A stretch of 64,000 bases of DNA from Gammaproteobacteria bacterium (GCA_003567475.1 PWZL01000026.1:7886-71885), one strand, 5' to 3'. Shown: positions 13,953 through 25,072, numbered from the stretch's first letter. Program-made: numbers and translations. The notes: generated by a model from the letters alone, not told the origin.

Positions 13953-15326
13953 ATGGAAATCCTCTTCCACAATACGCTGACGCGCCGCAAGGAACTGTTC
14001 GTTCCGCAGAATGCCGCCCGCGTGACGATGTATGTCTGCGGTCCGACGGTCTACAACTTCGCCCACATCGGTAACGCACGCCCGGCAGTGGTCTTCGACG
14101 TCCTGGCGCGTCTGCTGCGGTTGTCTTATCCGCTGGTCTACGCCCGCAACATCACCGATGTCGACGACAAGATCAACGCGGCTGCCCGCGAGCGCGGCGA
14201 ACCGATCGGGGTGATCACCCGCCGCTACACCGCGGCTTATCATGAGGATATGCAGGCACTCGGGGTTCTGCCGCCGGATATCGAGCCGCGGGTTACCGAT
14301 CATATCGACGACATCATCAGCATGATCGAGCGGCTGCTCGCCGCAGGGCACGCCTACGGTGCGGAGGGCCACGTGCTTTTCCATGTGGCCTCGTTTCCCG
14401 AGTACGGGCAGCTGTCCGGGCGGGATCCCGAGGAGCTGCTCGCCGGGGCCCGCGTGGAGGTCGCACCCTACAAGCGCGATCCCGGAGACTTCGTGCTCTG
14501 GAAGCCGTCCGATGACACGACCGTCGGCTGGGACAGCCCCTGGGGTCGCGGGCGGCCAGGCTGGCACATCGAATGCTCGAGCATGATCGAGCGGCATCTC
14601 GGCGAGACGATCGACATTCACGGGGGCGGTCAGGACCTGATCTTCCCGCATCATGAAAACGAGATTGCCCAGGGCACCTGCGCTCATGGCGGACGGGCGT
14701 ATTGCCGCTACTGGCTGCACAACGGCTTTTTGAACGTCGATGCCGAGAAAATGTCGAAGTCACTTGGCAATGTGCTGCTGGTCCGCGAACTGCTCACCGA
14801 GGCGCCAGGCGAGGTGATTCGCCTGGCGCTGCTGTCCGCGCGCTACCGCGAGCCGCTGGACTGGAACGACGCGCTGCTCGCCGACAGTCGCCGCAAGCTC
14901 GATCGCCTGTACGGTGCGCTGCGCGGCGTCACCCCGGGCGAGGCGCCCCCGGCGCCCCCGCCCGAGGTTGTGGCCGCCCTGTGCGACGACCTCAACACGC
15001 CGAAGGCGCTGGCCGCCCTGTTCGGACTGGTACGCCAGCTCAACACCGCGGTCGCGGTCGACGAGCGTGCGCGCCTGGCGGCTGAGCTGCGCGCCGGCGC
15101 CGCGCTGCTGGGCGTCGGCCAGCAGGACCCTGAGGTCTGGTTCGCCGGTGCCGACAGTGACGGCGGCCCGAGCGAGCAGGAAATCGAGCGCCGGCTGGCA
15201 GAACGCACGGCGGCGCGGCAGCGACGGGACTTCGCGGCGGCCGATCGCATCCGCGATGAACTGGCCGCTGCCGGGGTGAACATCGAGGACGGACCCGAGG
15301 GGACGCGCTGGCGACGCACGGGTTGA
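13953..15326 (+). CDS. cysS: Cysteinyl-tRNA synthetase
   Basis: An internal ATG of ORF 13473..15326 gives [16 protein letters not shown]...[24 protein letters not shown] motif ([10 protein letters not shown]). Confidence 0.93.
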   Translation: MEILFHNTLTRRKELFVPQNAARVTMYVCGPTVYNFAHIGNARPAVVFDVLARLLRLSYPLVYARNITDVDDKINAAARERGEPIGVITRRYTAAYHEDMQALGVLPPDIEPRVTDHIDDIISMIERLLAAGHAYGAEGHVLFHVASFPEYGQLSGRDPEELLAGARVEVAPYKRDPGDFVLWKPSDDTTVGWDSPWGRGRPGWHIECSSMIERHLGETIDIHGGGQDLIFPHHENEIAQGTCAHGGRAYCRYWLHNGFLNVDAEKMSKSLGNVLLVRELLTEAPGEVIRLALLSARYREPLDWNDALLADSRRKLDRLYGALRGVTPGEAPPAPPPEVVAALCDDLNTPKALAALFGLVRQLNTAVAVDERARLAAELRAGAALLGVGQQDPEVWFAGADSDGGPSEQEIERRLAERTAARQRRDFAAADRIRDELAAAGVNIEDGPEGTRWRRTG

Positions 15327-15394
15327 GCCGCGCGGCCGGCGGGTTGTGGTCGGGGGCGTGACGACCGCCCCTGCAGGCGTGACGACGGAGTGTC

Positions 15395-15829
15395 ATGAAT
15401 AACGAGATCGAACAGGCCCAGCGCGAGCTGGTCGAGGAATTCGCCTTCCTGGAAGACTGGATGGACCGCTACCAGTACATCATCGACATGGGTCGCGAGC
15501 TGCCCGAATTCCCGGACGCCTGGCGGACCGAAGAACATCGTGTGCACGGCTGCCAGAGCCAGGTCTGGCTGCACTCGGAACCGCGCGAGGGTCGGCTGCA
15601 CTTTCAGGCGACCAGCGACTCGGCGATCGTTGCCGGACTGATCGCGCTGCTGATGCGCATTTACAGCGGTCGGCGACCGGAGGAAGTGGTGCATACGCCG
15701 CCGGCCTTTGTTGCCGAGCTGGGACTGGACCGCCACCTGAGTCCGACCCGCAGCAACGGCCTGCGCGCCATGCTCGAGCGGATCCGCGCCCAGGCCGCCG
15801 CGATGACGGTACCCGGTGGTCACGCCTGA
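15395..15829 (+). CDS. sufE: SufE-like sulfur acceptor protein
   Basis: [19 protein letters not shown] and the active-site region [12 protein letters not shown]. Confidence 0.85.
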   Translation: MNNEIEQAQRELVEEFAFLEDWMDRYQYIIDMGRELPEFPDAWRTEEHRVHGCQSQVWLHSEPREGRLHFQATSDSAIVAGLIALLMRIYSGRRPEEVVHTPPAFVAELGLDRHLSPTRSNGLRAMLERIRAQAAAMTVPGGHA

Positions 15830-16100
15830 GCCGGCGGATCCCCGCCCGTCGCCAGGCGCGCGCCTGCTGCTGGCGCTGCTGCGCGGCTACCAGCTCGTGA
15901 TCTCGCCGCTGCTGGGTGGCAATTGCCGTTACCTGCCGACCTGCTCGGAGTATGCTCGCGAAGCGGTGCTGACCCATGGCGCCCTGCGGGGCGGCTGGCT
16001 CGCCGGCAGGCGGATCATGCGCTGTCATCCCTGGGGCGGCCACGGGTACGATCCAGTCCCCGGGCGTCGACCCGCTGACCTGAACCATGGAGATCGCTGA
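15816..16100 (+). CDS. yidD: Membrane protein insertion efficiency factor YidD
   Basis: [27 protein letters not shown]...[17 protein letters not shown]. The GTG start overlaps the sufE end. Confidence 0.8.
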   Translation: MVTPEPADPRPSPGARLLLALLRGYQLVISPLLGGNCRYLPTCSEYAREAVLTHGALRGGWLAGRRIMRCHPWGGHGYDPVPGRRPADLNHGDR

Positions 16101-16369
16101 TGGCTGTCGACAGGAAACTGCTGGAAATCCTCTGCTGCCCGGTGACGCACGCCGAGCTCGAGCCCGCCGCGAGCAGTCTGCTACACATGATCAACCTCAA
16201 GATCGAGCAGGGTGCCGTGACCACCCGCGGTGGCGAGGCGCCTGAGGCGCCCTGGGAGGAAGCGCTGGTCACCCGCGATGGACGGCTGGCCTACCCGGTG
16301 CGCGCCGGTGTACCCATCCTGTTGGAAAACGAGGCGCTGACCCTCGGCCAGCTGGACGCGAACAGCTGA
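16100..16369 (+). CDS. Trm112/YcaR family small protein
   Basis: LLEILCCPVTHAELE ... RLAYPVRAGVPILLENEA. Its ATG shares one base with the yidD stop. Confidence 0.8.
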   Translation: MAVDRKLLEILCCPVTHAELEPAASSLLHMINLKIEQGAVTTRGGEAPEAPWEEALVTRDGRLAYPVRAGVPILLENEALTLGQLDANS

Positions 16370-16385
16370 GCCGCGGCCGGAACCG

Positions 16386-17435
16386 GTGAAAACCACCGTC
16401 GAGCGTATCGGGCCGCAGCTCGAGCGGGAACTGCCCGCCGCTTGGCTGATTGCCGGGGATGAGCCGCTGCTGGTCGCCGAGGCGGCCGATCAGGTTCGCG
16501 CGGCAGCGCGCAGCCAGGGCTATACGCAGCGCGAGTTGCATATGATCGAGCGGGGCTTCGACTGGGACGGACTGCGCGCGTCCTCGCAGAATCTCTCGCT
16601 GTTCGCCGAGCGGCGGATTGTCGAACTGCGCCTGGCCAGTGCCCGCCCGGGCGAACGCGGTGGGGCGGTGCTTGCCGGGCTGGCGGCCGAGCCCGATCCT
16701 GACCGGCTGGTACTGGTCACCGCGCCGAAACTCGATGCGGCCGCGGCGCGCGCCCGCTGGGTCCGGGCGTTCGAAAGCCATGGGGTGTTCGCCCAGGCGT
16801 GGCCCGTGGACGCGGCGGCCATGCCCGGCTGGATCGCGGCACGCCTGCGTCGTCAGGGGCTGGCGGCCGATCGTGAGGCCATTGAGCTGCTGGCCAGCCG
16901 CTGCGAGGGCAACCTGCTGGCCGCCAGCCAGGAGATCGACAAGCTGGCACTGCTGGCCGCCGGGCAGCGTATTGGTGTCGACCAGGTGCTCGCCTCGGCC
17001 GGTGACAGTGCGCGCTTCGACGTGTTCAGGTTGGCCGACGCCGCACTGGCCGGTGATGCGCGCCGGGCGCTGCATGTGCTGGCCGGGCTGCGCCGCGAAG
17101 GTGTCGAGCCCGTTCTGATATCATGGAGCCTGATCAAGGAGTTGCGTGCTCTCATCGCGCTGCGTGCGAAACTTGGGAGCTCATCTGCCGTCGATCGTGT
17201 GCTGGAGGCCGAACGCATCTGGCCACGGCGACGGCCTCTGTTCCGGAAGGCGTTGCTGAGGTTGACCCCCGACAGACTGGCTGAATTGCAGCAGTTGGCC
17301 GCCCGCACCGACCTGGCCATCAAGGGTCAGGCCCCGGGTCAGCCCTGGTCGTTGCTGGCCGAATTCATTCTGGGCCTGACGCTGGCCGACGCACCACTTC
17401 CCCAAGCCCGCGAAGCGTTTCTGGCGGGCGTCTGA
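16386..17435 (+). CDS. holA: DNA polymerase III delta subunit
   Basis: LIAGDEPLLVAEAADQVR..., SLFAERRIVEL, CEGNLLAASQEIDKLALL. It lies directly upstream of nadD. Confidence 0.85.
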   Translation: MKTTVERIGPQLERELPAAWLIAGDEPLLVAEAADQVRAAARSQGYTQRELHMIERGFDWDGLRASSQNLSLFAERRIVELRLASARPGERGGAVLAGLAAEPDPDRLVLVTAPKLDAAAARARWVRAFESHGVFAQAWPVDAAAMPGWIAARLRRQGLAADREAIELLASRCEGNLLAASQEIDKLALLAAGQRIGVDQVLASAGDSARFDVFRLADAALAGDARRALHVLAGLRREGVEPVLISWSLIKELRALIALRAKLGSSSAVDRVLEAERIWPRRRPLFRKALLRLTPDRLAELQQLAARTDLAIKGQAPGQPWSLLAEFILGLTLADAPLPQAREAFLAGV

Positions 17436-18083
17436 ATGGGTCCAATCGGCATTTTCGGCGGCACCTTCGATCCGATCCATTACGGCCATCTGCGAACCGC
17501 CTTCGAGCTGCAGCAGGCCCTGCAACTCTCGGAGATGCGATTCATCCCCTGCGGCGATCCGCCGCATCGGCACCAGCCACTGGCGGATGGCGGGCAACGC
17601 CTGGCGATGGTGAGGGCGGCTGTCGAGGGTCAGGAGGGCTTTCTGGTCGATGATCGGGAGTTGCGCCGTGGCGGGCCGTCCTACACGCTCGACACGCTCG
17701 CGGCACTGCGCGAGGAGTGGCGCGAGACGCCGCTGTGTCTGGTGATTGGCATGGATGCGTTTCTCAGCCTGCCGCGCTGGCACCGCTGGCGGGAGATCCT
17801 GGGTCTTGCCCATGTGGTCGTCGCCCATCGGCCTGGCTGGCGGGCGCCGGATGTGGGGACGCTCGGCGAGCTGCTGGCCGAGCGCGGCACGGCCCGGGTC
17901 CGCGACCTGCACACCACCCGCGCCGGGGCCATCTTCGTGCACGCGGTCACCCAGCTCGAGATCTCCTCGACCGAGGTGCGCGCGTTGATTCGTGCCGGGC
18001 GTGACCCACGTTTTCTGATGCCGGACCCAGTGCGCCGGATCATTCTGGAGTCGGGCTGTTACGCTGCGACGGAGGATCACTGA
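17436..18083 (+). CDS. nadD: Nicotinate-nucleotide adenylyltransferase
   Basis: IGIFGGTFDPIHYGHL and the ISSTEVR motif. Confidence 0.92.
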   Translation: MGPIGIFGGTFDPIHYGHLRTAFELQQALQLSEMRFIPCGDPPHRHQPLADGGQRLAMVRAAVEGQEGFLVDDRELRRGGPSYTLDTLAALREEWRETPLCLVIGMDAFLSLPRWHRWREILGLAHVVVAHRPGWRAPDVGTLGELLAERGTARVRDLHTTRAGAIFVHAVTQLEISSTEVRALIRAGRDPRFLMPDPVRRIILESGCYAATEDH

Positions 18084-18087
18084 CCGC

Positions 18088-18471
18088 ATGCAAGGTGAAG
18101 AGATCAAGGACCTGGTGGTGGCGGCCCTGGATGACGCCAAGGGCGAGCAGCTGAGCGTGCTCGATGTGCGCGAGCTGACCTCGATCACGGATTGGATGGT
18201 GGTTGTCAGCGGACGATCCGACCGCCACGTCAAGGCGCTCTCGGACGCCGTGCTGGAGCGGGCGCGTGCGGCCGACGTGCGACCGATCGGGGTCGAGGGG
18301 CAGCGGGGCGGTGAATGGGTCCTGGTGGATTTCGCCGACGTGCTGGTGCACGTGATGCTGCCGCGTGTTCGGGACTTCTACAACCTGGAAAAACTCTGGG
18401 AGATCGGCAAGACGGCCGCGGCCGGATCTGCCGACCGGCGTAAGGCCCAGGGTGCCCCACAGGAGCGCTGA
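18088..18471 (+). CDS. rsfS: Ribosome silencing factor RsfS
   Basis: LDDAKGEQLSVLDVRELTSITDWMVVVSGRSDRHVKALSDAV. Confidence 0.9.
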   Translation: MQGEEIKDLVVAALDDAKGEQLSVLDVRELTSITDWMVVVSGRSDRHVKALSDAVLERARAADVRPIGVEGQRGGEWVLVDFADVLVHVMLPRVRDFYNLEKLWEIGKTAAAGSADRRKAQGAPQER

Positions 18472-18933
18472 ATGCGGTTCCGGGTGCTCGCCGTCGGCCC
18501 CAGGCAGCCTGGCTGGGTGAACGAGGGCGTCGAGGAATACCGGCGACGGCTGCCTGGTCTGGACCTGGTGGAGCTGCCATTGGCTCGCCGGTCCAAGGCT
18601 CAGTCGGCTGTGGCGGCCCGTGACGATGAGGGTCGGCGTCTGTTGGCCCGCCTCGGGGCTCAGGACCATGTCGTGACCCTGGAAGTCGAGGGCACGGCCC
18701 ATGCGACCGGGGCGCTGGCGCGCCGGGTCGAGACCTGGCTGGGACTCGGGCGGCCGGTCTGCTTCCTGATCGGGGGGCCGGACGGGCTGTCGGCAGAGGT
18801 TCGCGCACGCGCGGAGGAGTCCTGGTCGCTGTCGCCGCTGACGCTGCCCCACGGGCTTGCCCGGCTGGTGCTCGCCGAGGCCCTGTACCGGGCCTGGAGT
18901 GTGCTCCAGGGCCACCCGTACCACCGCGACTGA
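18472..18933 (+). CDS. rlmH: 23S rRNA (pseudouridine1915-N3)-methyltransferase RlmH
   Basis: MRFRVLAVGPRQPGWVNEGVEEYRRRL..., C-terminal LVLAEALYRAWSVLQGHPYHR. nadD-rsfS-rlmH order. Confidence 0.9.
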   Translation: MRFRVLAVGPRQPGWVNEGVEEYRRRLPGLDLVELPLARRSKAQSAVAARDDEGRRLLARLGAQDHVVTLEVEGTAHATGALARRVETWLGLGRPVCFLIGGPDGLSAEVRARAEESWSLSPLTLPHGLARLVLAEALYRAWSVLQGHPYHRD

Positions 18934-18994
18934 GGGCTAGAATCAACCCGCAGGCGGCGTCCGCGATGCCGCCCTTGGCCAGTCTCAGGGAGGA

Positions 18995-19597
18995 GTGATG
19001 TCACAGGGACGCGAACTCGTGCTGGCCTCCGCCTCGCCCCGTCGGCGAGAGCTGCTGGCCGGCCTTGGGGTGATGTTCACGGTCTGTCCGGCGGACATCG
19101 ACGAGACCCCGCGCGCCAGTGAGCCCGTGGAGTGTTTCGTGGCCCGCATGGCGCGCGAGAAGGCCGGCGCAGTGCTTGGCCGGGGTCTGGCGGGCCCGGT
19201 GCTCGCCGCCGACACCATCGTGGTCTGCGATGAGCTGGCGCTCGGTAAGCCGCGTGATCGGGCAGACGCGCTGGCCATGCTCGAGCGTCTGTCTGGCCGC
19301 TGGCACCGGGTTCTGAGCGCCGTCTGCCTCGCCGTCGGCGGCGAGATCCACGAGGCCCTGACCAAGACCGAGGTGCGCTTCCGGCCGTTGGCCTGCGGCG
19401 AAGCCGCGGCCTACTGGGCCACCGGCGAGCCGTGCGACAAGGCTGGAGCCTATGCCATCCAGGGCCTGGGTGGCTGCCTCGTCCAGGAAATCCGTGGCAG
19501 CTACTCCGGCGTGGTCGGCCTGCCGCTGGCAGAGACCCTCGGTCTGTTGCGCGACGCCGGCATTCCCTGCGGCCCGGTGGGGTTGACCGATGCGTGA
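18995..19597 (+). CDS. maf: Maf-like nucleoside triphosphate pyrophosphatase
   Basis: [24 protein letters not shown]. The start is either GTG 18995 or ATG 18998. Confidence 0.88.
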   Translation: MMSQGRELVLASASPRRRELLAGLGVMFTVCPADIDETPRASEPVECFVARMAREKAGAVLGRGLAGPVLAADTIVVCDELALGKPRDRADALAMLERLSGRWHRVLSAVCLAVGGEIHEALTKTEVRFRPLACGEAAAYWATGEPCDKAGAYAIQGLGGCLVQEIRGSYSGVVGLPLAETLGLLRDAGIPCGPVGLTDA

Positions 19598-21059
19598 GGA
19601 AATCCTCATCAACGTCACACCGCGGGAGGTGCGCGCCGCACTGGTGGAAAACGGTGTGCTGCAGGAAGTGCTGGTGGAGCGCGCCAGTCGGCGCGGCCTG
19701 ATCAGCAACATCTACAAGGGCAAGGTGCGTCGCGTACTGCCAGGGATGCAGGCCGCCTTCATCGACATCGGTCTCGAACGCACGGCGTTTCTGCATGAGT
19801 CTGACATCTCGCACGGTCCGGACTCTGACAACGGGCCCAGCCTGCAGCCCACCGGAGGGATCCGCGATCTGCTGCATGAGGGCGGTGACATCCTCGTGCA
19901 GGTCCTGAAAGACCCGATCGGGACCAAGGGTGCCCGGCTGACCACCTACATCACGCTGCCCTCGCGCTTTCTGGTGTTGATGCCTCGGGGTCAGGGGGTT
20001 GGGGTATCCGCGCGGATCGAGGATGAGGAGGAGCGCCAGCGCCTGCGCGGCATCATGGAAACGATTGCCGACCCCACGGGGGGGACGGGGTTCATCGTTC
20101 GCACCGCGGCGGAGGGCGCCAGCCTGGATGCCCTGCGGGCCGACATGCTGTTTCTCCAGAAGCTCTGGGATGCGATTCAGGACCGGGCGCGCAACAGTCC
20201 ACCCGGGCGACTGGTGCACGAAGATCTGCCGCTGTCGCTGCGGGTGCTTCGCGATCTCATGTCGTTAGACATGGAGCGGGTCAGGGTGGACTCCGCCGAG
20301 GCCTTCCGGCGGATGCAGGAATTTGCCGGAATGTTTGCGCCGCAGCTGGTGCCCACGATCGAGCACTACGAAGGTGGACGTCCCATCTTCGACCTGCACA
20401 ACGTCGAGGACGAGATCCAGCGGGCCCTCCATCGACGCGTTCCGCTGAAGTCGGGCGGACATCTGGTGGTCGACCAGACCGAAGCGATGACCACCATCGA
20501 CGTCAATACTGGCGGCTATGTCGGACACCGGAATCTGGAAGAGACGATTTTCCGGACCAATCTGGAAGCCGCTGTGGCCATCGCGCGGCAGCTGCGTCTG
20601 CGCAATCTCGGCGGGATCATCATCATCGACTTCATCGACATGCTGGAGGCCGAGCATCGCCAGCAGGTGATGCAGGCACTCGAGCGTGCCCTGGAGCGCG
20701 ATCCGGCGCGGACGCAGATCATGGAGGTTTCGGCATTGGGGTTGGTGGAAATGACCCGCAAGCGCACACGCGAGAGCCTGGAACACCTGCTATGCGAGGC
20801 CTGTCCAAGCTGCGAAGGCCGTGGTTTCGTCAAGACCGCGGAAACCGTGTGCTACGAGATTTTTCGGGAGATCGTGCGCCAGCATCGGCAGTTCGAATTC
20901 CAGGAGTTGATGATCATTGCGCATCAGGATGTGGTCGAACGGCTGTTGGATGAGGAGTCGGCGAGTCTCGCCGAACTCGAAGAATTCACCGGGAAACCGA
21001 TCCGACTGCAGACCGATGCGATGTATGGCCAGGAACAGTTCGACGTGGTGCTGATGTGA
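19590..21059 (+). CDS. rng: Ribonuclease G
   Basis: [28 protein letters not shown]1-like [21 protein letters not shown], and IIIIDFIDM. It overlaps the maf stop. Confidence 0.92.
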   Translation: MREEILINVTPREVRAALVENGVLQEVLVERASRRGLISNIYKGKVRRVLPGMQAAFIDIGLERTAFLHESDISHGPDSDNGPSLQPTGGIRDLLHEGGDILVQVLKDPIGTKGARLTTYITLPSRFLVLMPRGQGVGVSARIEDEEERQRLRGIMETIADPTGGTGFIVRTAAEGASLDALRADMLFLQKLWDAIQDRARNSPPGRLVHEDLPLSLRVLRDLMSLDMERVRVDSAEAFRRMQEFAGMFAPQLVPTIEHYEGGRPIFDLHNVEDEIQRALHRRVPLKSGGHLVVDQTEAMTTIDVNTGGYVGHRNLEETIFRTNLEAAVAIARQLRLRNLGGIIIIDFIDMLEAEHRQQVMQALERALERDPARTQIMEVSALGLVEMTRKRTRESLEHLLCEACPSCEGRGFVKTAETVCYEIFREIVRQHRQFEFQELMIIAHQDVVERLLDEESASLAELEEFTGKPIRLQTDAMYGQEQFDVVLM

Positions 21060-24000
21060 AGCACTGGCTGCGCCGCCTGCTTCGAGGGCTGGCTGTGCTG
21101 GGTGCCAGCCTCGTCATCCTGTTGGCCTTGCTCGTCGGGCTGTTCCGTCTGCTCGTGCCGCAGGTGCCGGAGTATCAGGCGGAGCTCGAGGCCTGGGCCA
21201 CGGAGGCGCTCGGGGTGCCGGTCCGGGTGGGCCGCCTGGATGCCCGCCTGACCCTGCGAGGTCCCGAGCTCACGCTGCTTGACGCCACCGTGGGGGGGCA
21301 GGGCAGTGGCATGCTGCCGCTGGTGGCGCGAGAGGTCAGCGTGGTGGTCAGCGTCCCGCGGCTGGTCACCGAGCGCCAGGTCACCGTGTCGCGCGTGCGG
21401 CTGGTCGGTGTGGTGGTCGAACTCGCGCGCGTGACCGACGGGCAATGGCTGCTCCAGGGGCAACCGCTGGAACTCAATGATCGGGACGGGCCCGTCGAGC
21501 TGCCGGCGCTGCCCGACTTTCGCCTGGACTTTCTGGACGGCGAATTGCGGCTGCAGCCGGGGCCCGAGCTGCCGGTGCAGGTGCTGGGCGACATCCAGCT
21601 GACGCTCGCCCGCGACGGCGGCCGCGTGAGCCTCGACCTGCGCGCGACCCCGCCCGAGGCCCTGGGATCGCGCATCGAATTCGCGGCCGAGGCCACACCC
21701 GGCGAGGGGGTACTGGACCTGGCGCGTCTGGCGCGCATGCCCTGGCGCGCCTTCATCGATCTGCGCGAGACCGATCTGGAGGCCTGGCGTGCGTTGCTGC
21801 CAGGCGATTGGCCGCTGCCCACGGCCGGTTTCGGCGGGCTGCGCCTGTGGCTGGCTGCGGTCGGCGACCAGCCGCTGGAGGCCAGCGCCGAGCTGGATCT
21901 GCGCGGGCTGGCGCCGCCGCCCAGTGCGCTCCCGGCCCCGCTGACCATGGCCTACGAGCAGCTGAGTGGCCGCTTCGAGTGGCGGCGCCATGACACCGGG
22001 TGGACCGCCGCCGGCGCCCGGCTGCGGGTGCAGCGTGGCGGGCGCGGCTGGCCGGAAGCTGATTTTCGGCTGGAGGTCGAGGGCCGCATGGGCGAGCGCC
22101 TCAGGCTGGCCTTCGACGGCGGATTCCTGCGGCTCGAGGACCTGCTGCCGGCGGTGGCGTGGCTGCCGGCGGGTGACTGGCGCGAGCGCCTGCTGGCGAT
22201 GGCGCCGGCAGGGGATGTCGAGACCCTCGAGCTGTCGCTGGATGTGGCGCCCGACGCTGAGCCGGGCTATGCGTTGAGCGGGCGGGTACGCGGCCTTCAG
22301 ATCACCGCGATCGAGGACTGGCCAGGGGTCAGTGGCCTGGGTGGAGGCTTCCGTGCCGACGAGACCGGTGGCCGTTTCCAGCTCGCCGGCGAGGGCTTTG
22401 TCTTCGAGCGTCGTCCCAGCTTTGCGGGTCCGGTGTCGCTGGGGCGGGTGGAAGGTCTGGTCGTGTGGCGCCGCAGCCCCGCCGGCTGGCGGGTGGTGGG
22501 CGACGATCTCCGGCTCTCCGGGGTCGATCTCACCGCTCGCGGCGACTTCGAACTGCTGCTCGACGAGGCCGGCGCCGAAGTCGATGTCCGCGCCGAGGTG
22601 ATTCGCGCCGAACTCGGGCCGGCGGCGACGCGGTTTCTGCCGGTCGGTCACATGCCGCCGCCGGCCATGCGCTGGCTGCGCCGGGGGTTTCCCGAGGGCG
22701 AGCTCACGCGCGGTCGCTTCGAGCTCTCAGGCCGGCCGCGAGACTTTCCATTTGAAGACGGCAGCGGCCACTTTCTCGCGACCGGTGAGGTGAGCGGGCT
22801 GACACTGGACTACGCCGATGGCTGGCCGGTGGTGACCGATCTCTCGGGCCGGGTCCGGTTTGAGCGTGAAACCCTGACAGGCGAAGTCTTCGGTGGTGTG
22901 ATCTCCGCCAGCCCGCTGCTGCGCGGCGAGATGGCCATCGACAACCTGCGCCGGCCGACACTGACCGTCAGCGGTGAGGTCGATAGCAGTGTCGACCGGC
23001 TGCTCGCGTTCCTGCGCCAGTCACCCGCGGCACGGGCGCTGGGTGAGCCGGTATTCGCTGCCCGCGGCAGCGGTGCCGCGCGCACGCAAGTGGACCTGAC
23101 CCTGCCGCTGTTCGACCTGCGGCAGCACCGCTGGCGGGGTGAGGTCGCGCTTGATAATGCCCGCGTGGGCTACGGTGATCTGCCGGCTGAAATCGTCGGT
23201 TTGCGCGGACGACTTCTGCTCGATACAGGCGAAGTCCGCAGCGACGACCTGGTAGGCACACTGTTCGGCGAGGTGTTCACGGCGGAACTCTCGCCAGCAC
23301 CCGAAGGCCACTATCACACTGCGCTGCGTGCGCGTGGCCGACTGGGCCCGCGCGGCCTCACTACGCTTGTCGGCGAGCCTTTGGCCAGCCGCACGCGCGG
23401 TGTGGCTGAATGGTCATTGTCGGGCTGGTTCCCGGAACGCCAGCCCGATGGCAGCAGGGCGCCACTGCGGTTCGCGCTTGACTCGCCATTGACCGGGCTG
23501 GAGGTTGATCTGCCCGTACCGGCGGGCAAGCCGGCCGGGGAGCCGCTCCCGCTCGAGCTGGTGGCGACGCTGCTGCCCGCCAGGGGGCTGTCGTTGGCCG
23601 GTGGTCTCGGCCGCGAGGCGCGCTGGCTGCTGGAGCTTGCCGATTCGCCGGCCGGGTGGCAGCTGACGCAGGGCAGTCTGCGGCTTGGCGGGGGCACCCC
23701 GCTGCTGCCGCTGCACGAGGGTCTTGCCATCGATGGCACGATCGCAGAACTCCAGGTCGACGCCTGGCTCGCGCTGGCCGCCACTTTGGCCCGTGAGACC
23801 GGGGGTATGGCCCTCCAGCGGGTGGAACTCACCGCCGAGACGGCCTATGGCCTGGGTCAGCGCATCCCCGATCTGACGCTGCTGCTCGAACGTGGGCTCG
23901 AGGAATGGCGTCTGCGGCTGGACAGCGAGGCTGTCGCCGGTGATGTTCGGGTGCCCTTCGATATGGCGGGTGACGCGGCGCTGGTCATGGACATGCAGCG

Positions 24001-24961
24001 CCTGAAGATCGCCGGGCAGGGGCCGCTGGCCGAGCCCGTGGTCGATCAGGCGGTGGCGAGACGCGCCGAGCCCGATCCTCGGACGTTGCCACGCATGCGC
24101 ATTCGTGCCGAGGACTTCGTGCTCGCAGGGATGGCCTTCGGGCAGCTGGATGCGCAACTCGACAGGGTTCCCGGCGGACTGTCTGCCAGCCGTCTCCAGA
24201 GCAGCGCACCAAGCTTCGACGTCAATGGCACGGGACACTGGCTGGCCGATGACTCCGGCAGTCGCACCGCCCTGGATTTCGTTTTCGAGAGCACGGATCT
24301 CGCCGCTGCGTTGCAGGCCATGCGCTTCGAGCCGGTCATGAGCGCCAACGCGGGTCGGGTCGATGCCGAGTTGCACTGGCAGGGCGGGCCGACTTCGGCG
24401 GCCTGGCGTGACAGCCTGGGTGGGCGTATTTCAGTCAGCCTGCAGAACGGCCGACTCAGCGAGGTGGAGCCGGGCGCCGGTCGAGTGGTCGGGTTGATGA
24501 GCCTGTCGGCGTTGCCTCGACGCCTCGCGCTGGACTTTCGGGACGTGTTTGGCAAAGGTCTCGGCTTTGACCGCATCGAGGGCGACTTCCGGCTGATCGA
24601 TGGCGATGCCTACACGGACAACCTGCGCCTGCGCGGTCCGACCGCCGACATCGCGCTACTGGGGAGGACCGGGCTGGCCCGTCGCGACTATGCTCAGCAG
24701 GCTTTGGTGACCGCCGATGTGGGCATGGCGCTGCCGGCGGTGGGCGGACTGCTCGCCGGGCCCGGTGTCGCCGCCGCCATCCTGGTTTTCCAGGAACTGT
24801 TCCGCCAGCCCATGCGCGGCATGGGTCAGGCGGCCTACTGTGTGTCGGGCCCCTGGGAGGCGCCCCAGGTCCAGCGGTTGACGCAGACCATGATGGAAGA
24901 GGGTCACGTCTGCATCGACCTGCCCACGGATTGGGAGCAGGCGCGCGCGCGTGGGGAGTGA
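21056..24961 (+). CDS. yhdP: YhdP/AsmA-like large envelope protein
   Basis: 1301 aa with an N-terminal TM anchor, directly after rng as in enterobacteria. The GTG overlaps the rng stop by 4 nt. The family call rests on size and position. Confidence 0.8.
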   Translation: MKHWLRRLLRGLAVLGASLVILLALLVGLFRLLVPQVPEYQAELEAWATEALGVPVRVGRLDARLTLRGPELTLLDATVGGQGSGMLPLVAREVSVVVSVPRLVTERQVTVSRVRLVGVVVELARVTDGQWLLQGQPLELNDRDGPVELPALPDFRLDFLDGELRLQPGPELPVQVLGDIQLTLARDGGRVSLDLRATPPEALGSRIEFAAEATPGEGVLDLARLARMPWRAFIDLRETDLEAWRALLPGDWPLPTAGFGGLRLWLAAVGDQPLEASAELDLRGLAPPPSALPAPLTMAYEQLSGRFEWRRHDTGWTAAGARLRVQRGGRGWPEADFRLEVEGRMGERLRLAFDGGFLRLEDLLPAVAWLPAGDWRERLLAMAPAGDVETLELSLDVAPDAEPGYALSGRVRGLQITAIEDWPGVSGLGGGFRADETGGRFQLAGEGFVFERRPSFAGPVSLGRVEGLVVWRRSPAGWRVVGDDLRLSGVDLTARGDFELLLDEAGAEVDVRAEVIRAELGPAATRFLPVGHMPPPAMRWLRRGFPEGELTRGRFELSGRPRDFPFEDGSGHFLATGEVSGLTLDYADGWPVVTDLSGRVRFERETLTGEVFGGVISASPLLRGEMAIDNLRRPTLTVSGEVDSSVDRLLAFLRQSPAARALGEPVFAARGSGAARTQVDLTLPLFDLRQHRWRGEVALDNARVGYGDLPAEIVGLRGRLLLDTGEVRSDDLVGTLFGEVFTAELSPAPEGHYHTALRARGRLGPRGLTTLVGEPLASRTRGVAEWSLSGWFPERQPDGSRAPLRFALDSPLTGLEVDLPVPAGKPAGEPLPLELVATLLPARGLSLAGGLGREARWLLELADSPAGWQLTQGSLRLGGGTPLLPLHEGLAIDGTIAELQVDAWLALAATLARETGGMALQRVELTAETAYGLGQRIPDLTLLLERGLEEWRLRLDSEAVAGDVRVPFDMAGDAALVMDMQRLKIAGQGPLAEPVVDQAVARRAEPDPRTLPRMRIRAEDFVLAGMAFGQLDAQLDRVPGGLSASRLQSSAPSFDVNGTGHWLADDSGSRTALDFVFESTDLAAALQAMRFEPVMSANAGRVDAELHWQGGPTSAAWRDSLGGRISVSLQNGRLSEVEPGAGRVVGLMSLSALPRRLALDFRDVFGKGLGFDRIEGDFRLIDGDAYTDNLRLRGPTADIALLGRTGLARRDYAQQALVTADVGMALPAVGGLLAGPGVAAAILVFQELFRQPMRGMGQAAYCVSGPWEAPQVQRLTQTMMEEGHVCIDLPTDWEQARARGE

Positions 24962-25072
24962 GTCGTGGTCGGCGCTGGGGTTGGACGGCCAGCGCCGGGT
25001 CGCGGAGAATGCAGTTTCAGGGAGATGCCCGTCATCCGTCGGGCGTAGCGAAATGACAGGGAAGGAACGAGT

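Noticed and set aside
20924-22651. 575-aa minus-strand ORF. Similar long antisense ORFs: 7099..8391, 9864..10901, 11271..12386, 23414..24376, 31448..32971, 33050..34525, 47744..48748, 51003..52268, 54138..55196, 60044..61234.
   Set aside because: Each lies opposite a gene with clear family motifs (yhdP, corC, leuS, pmbA, yihY, ATP-grasp, gcvT, gcvPB, DUF255). Their compositions are dominated by R/A/G/P, as expected for out-of-phase reading of GC3-rich genes.
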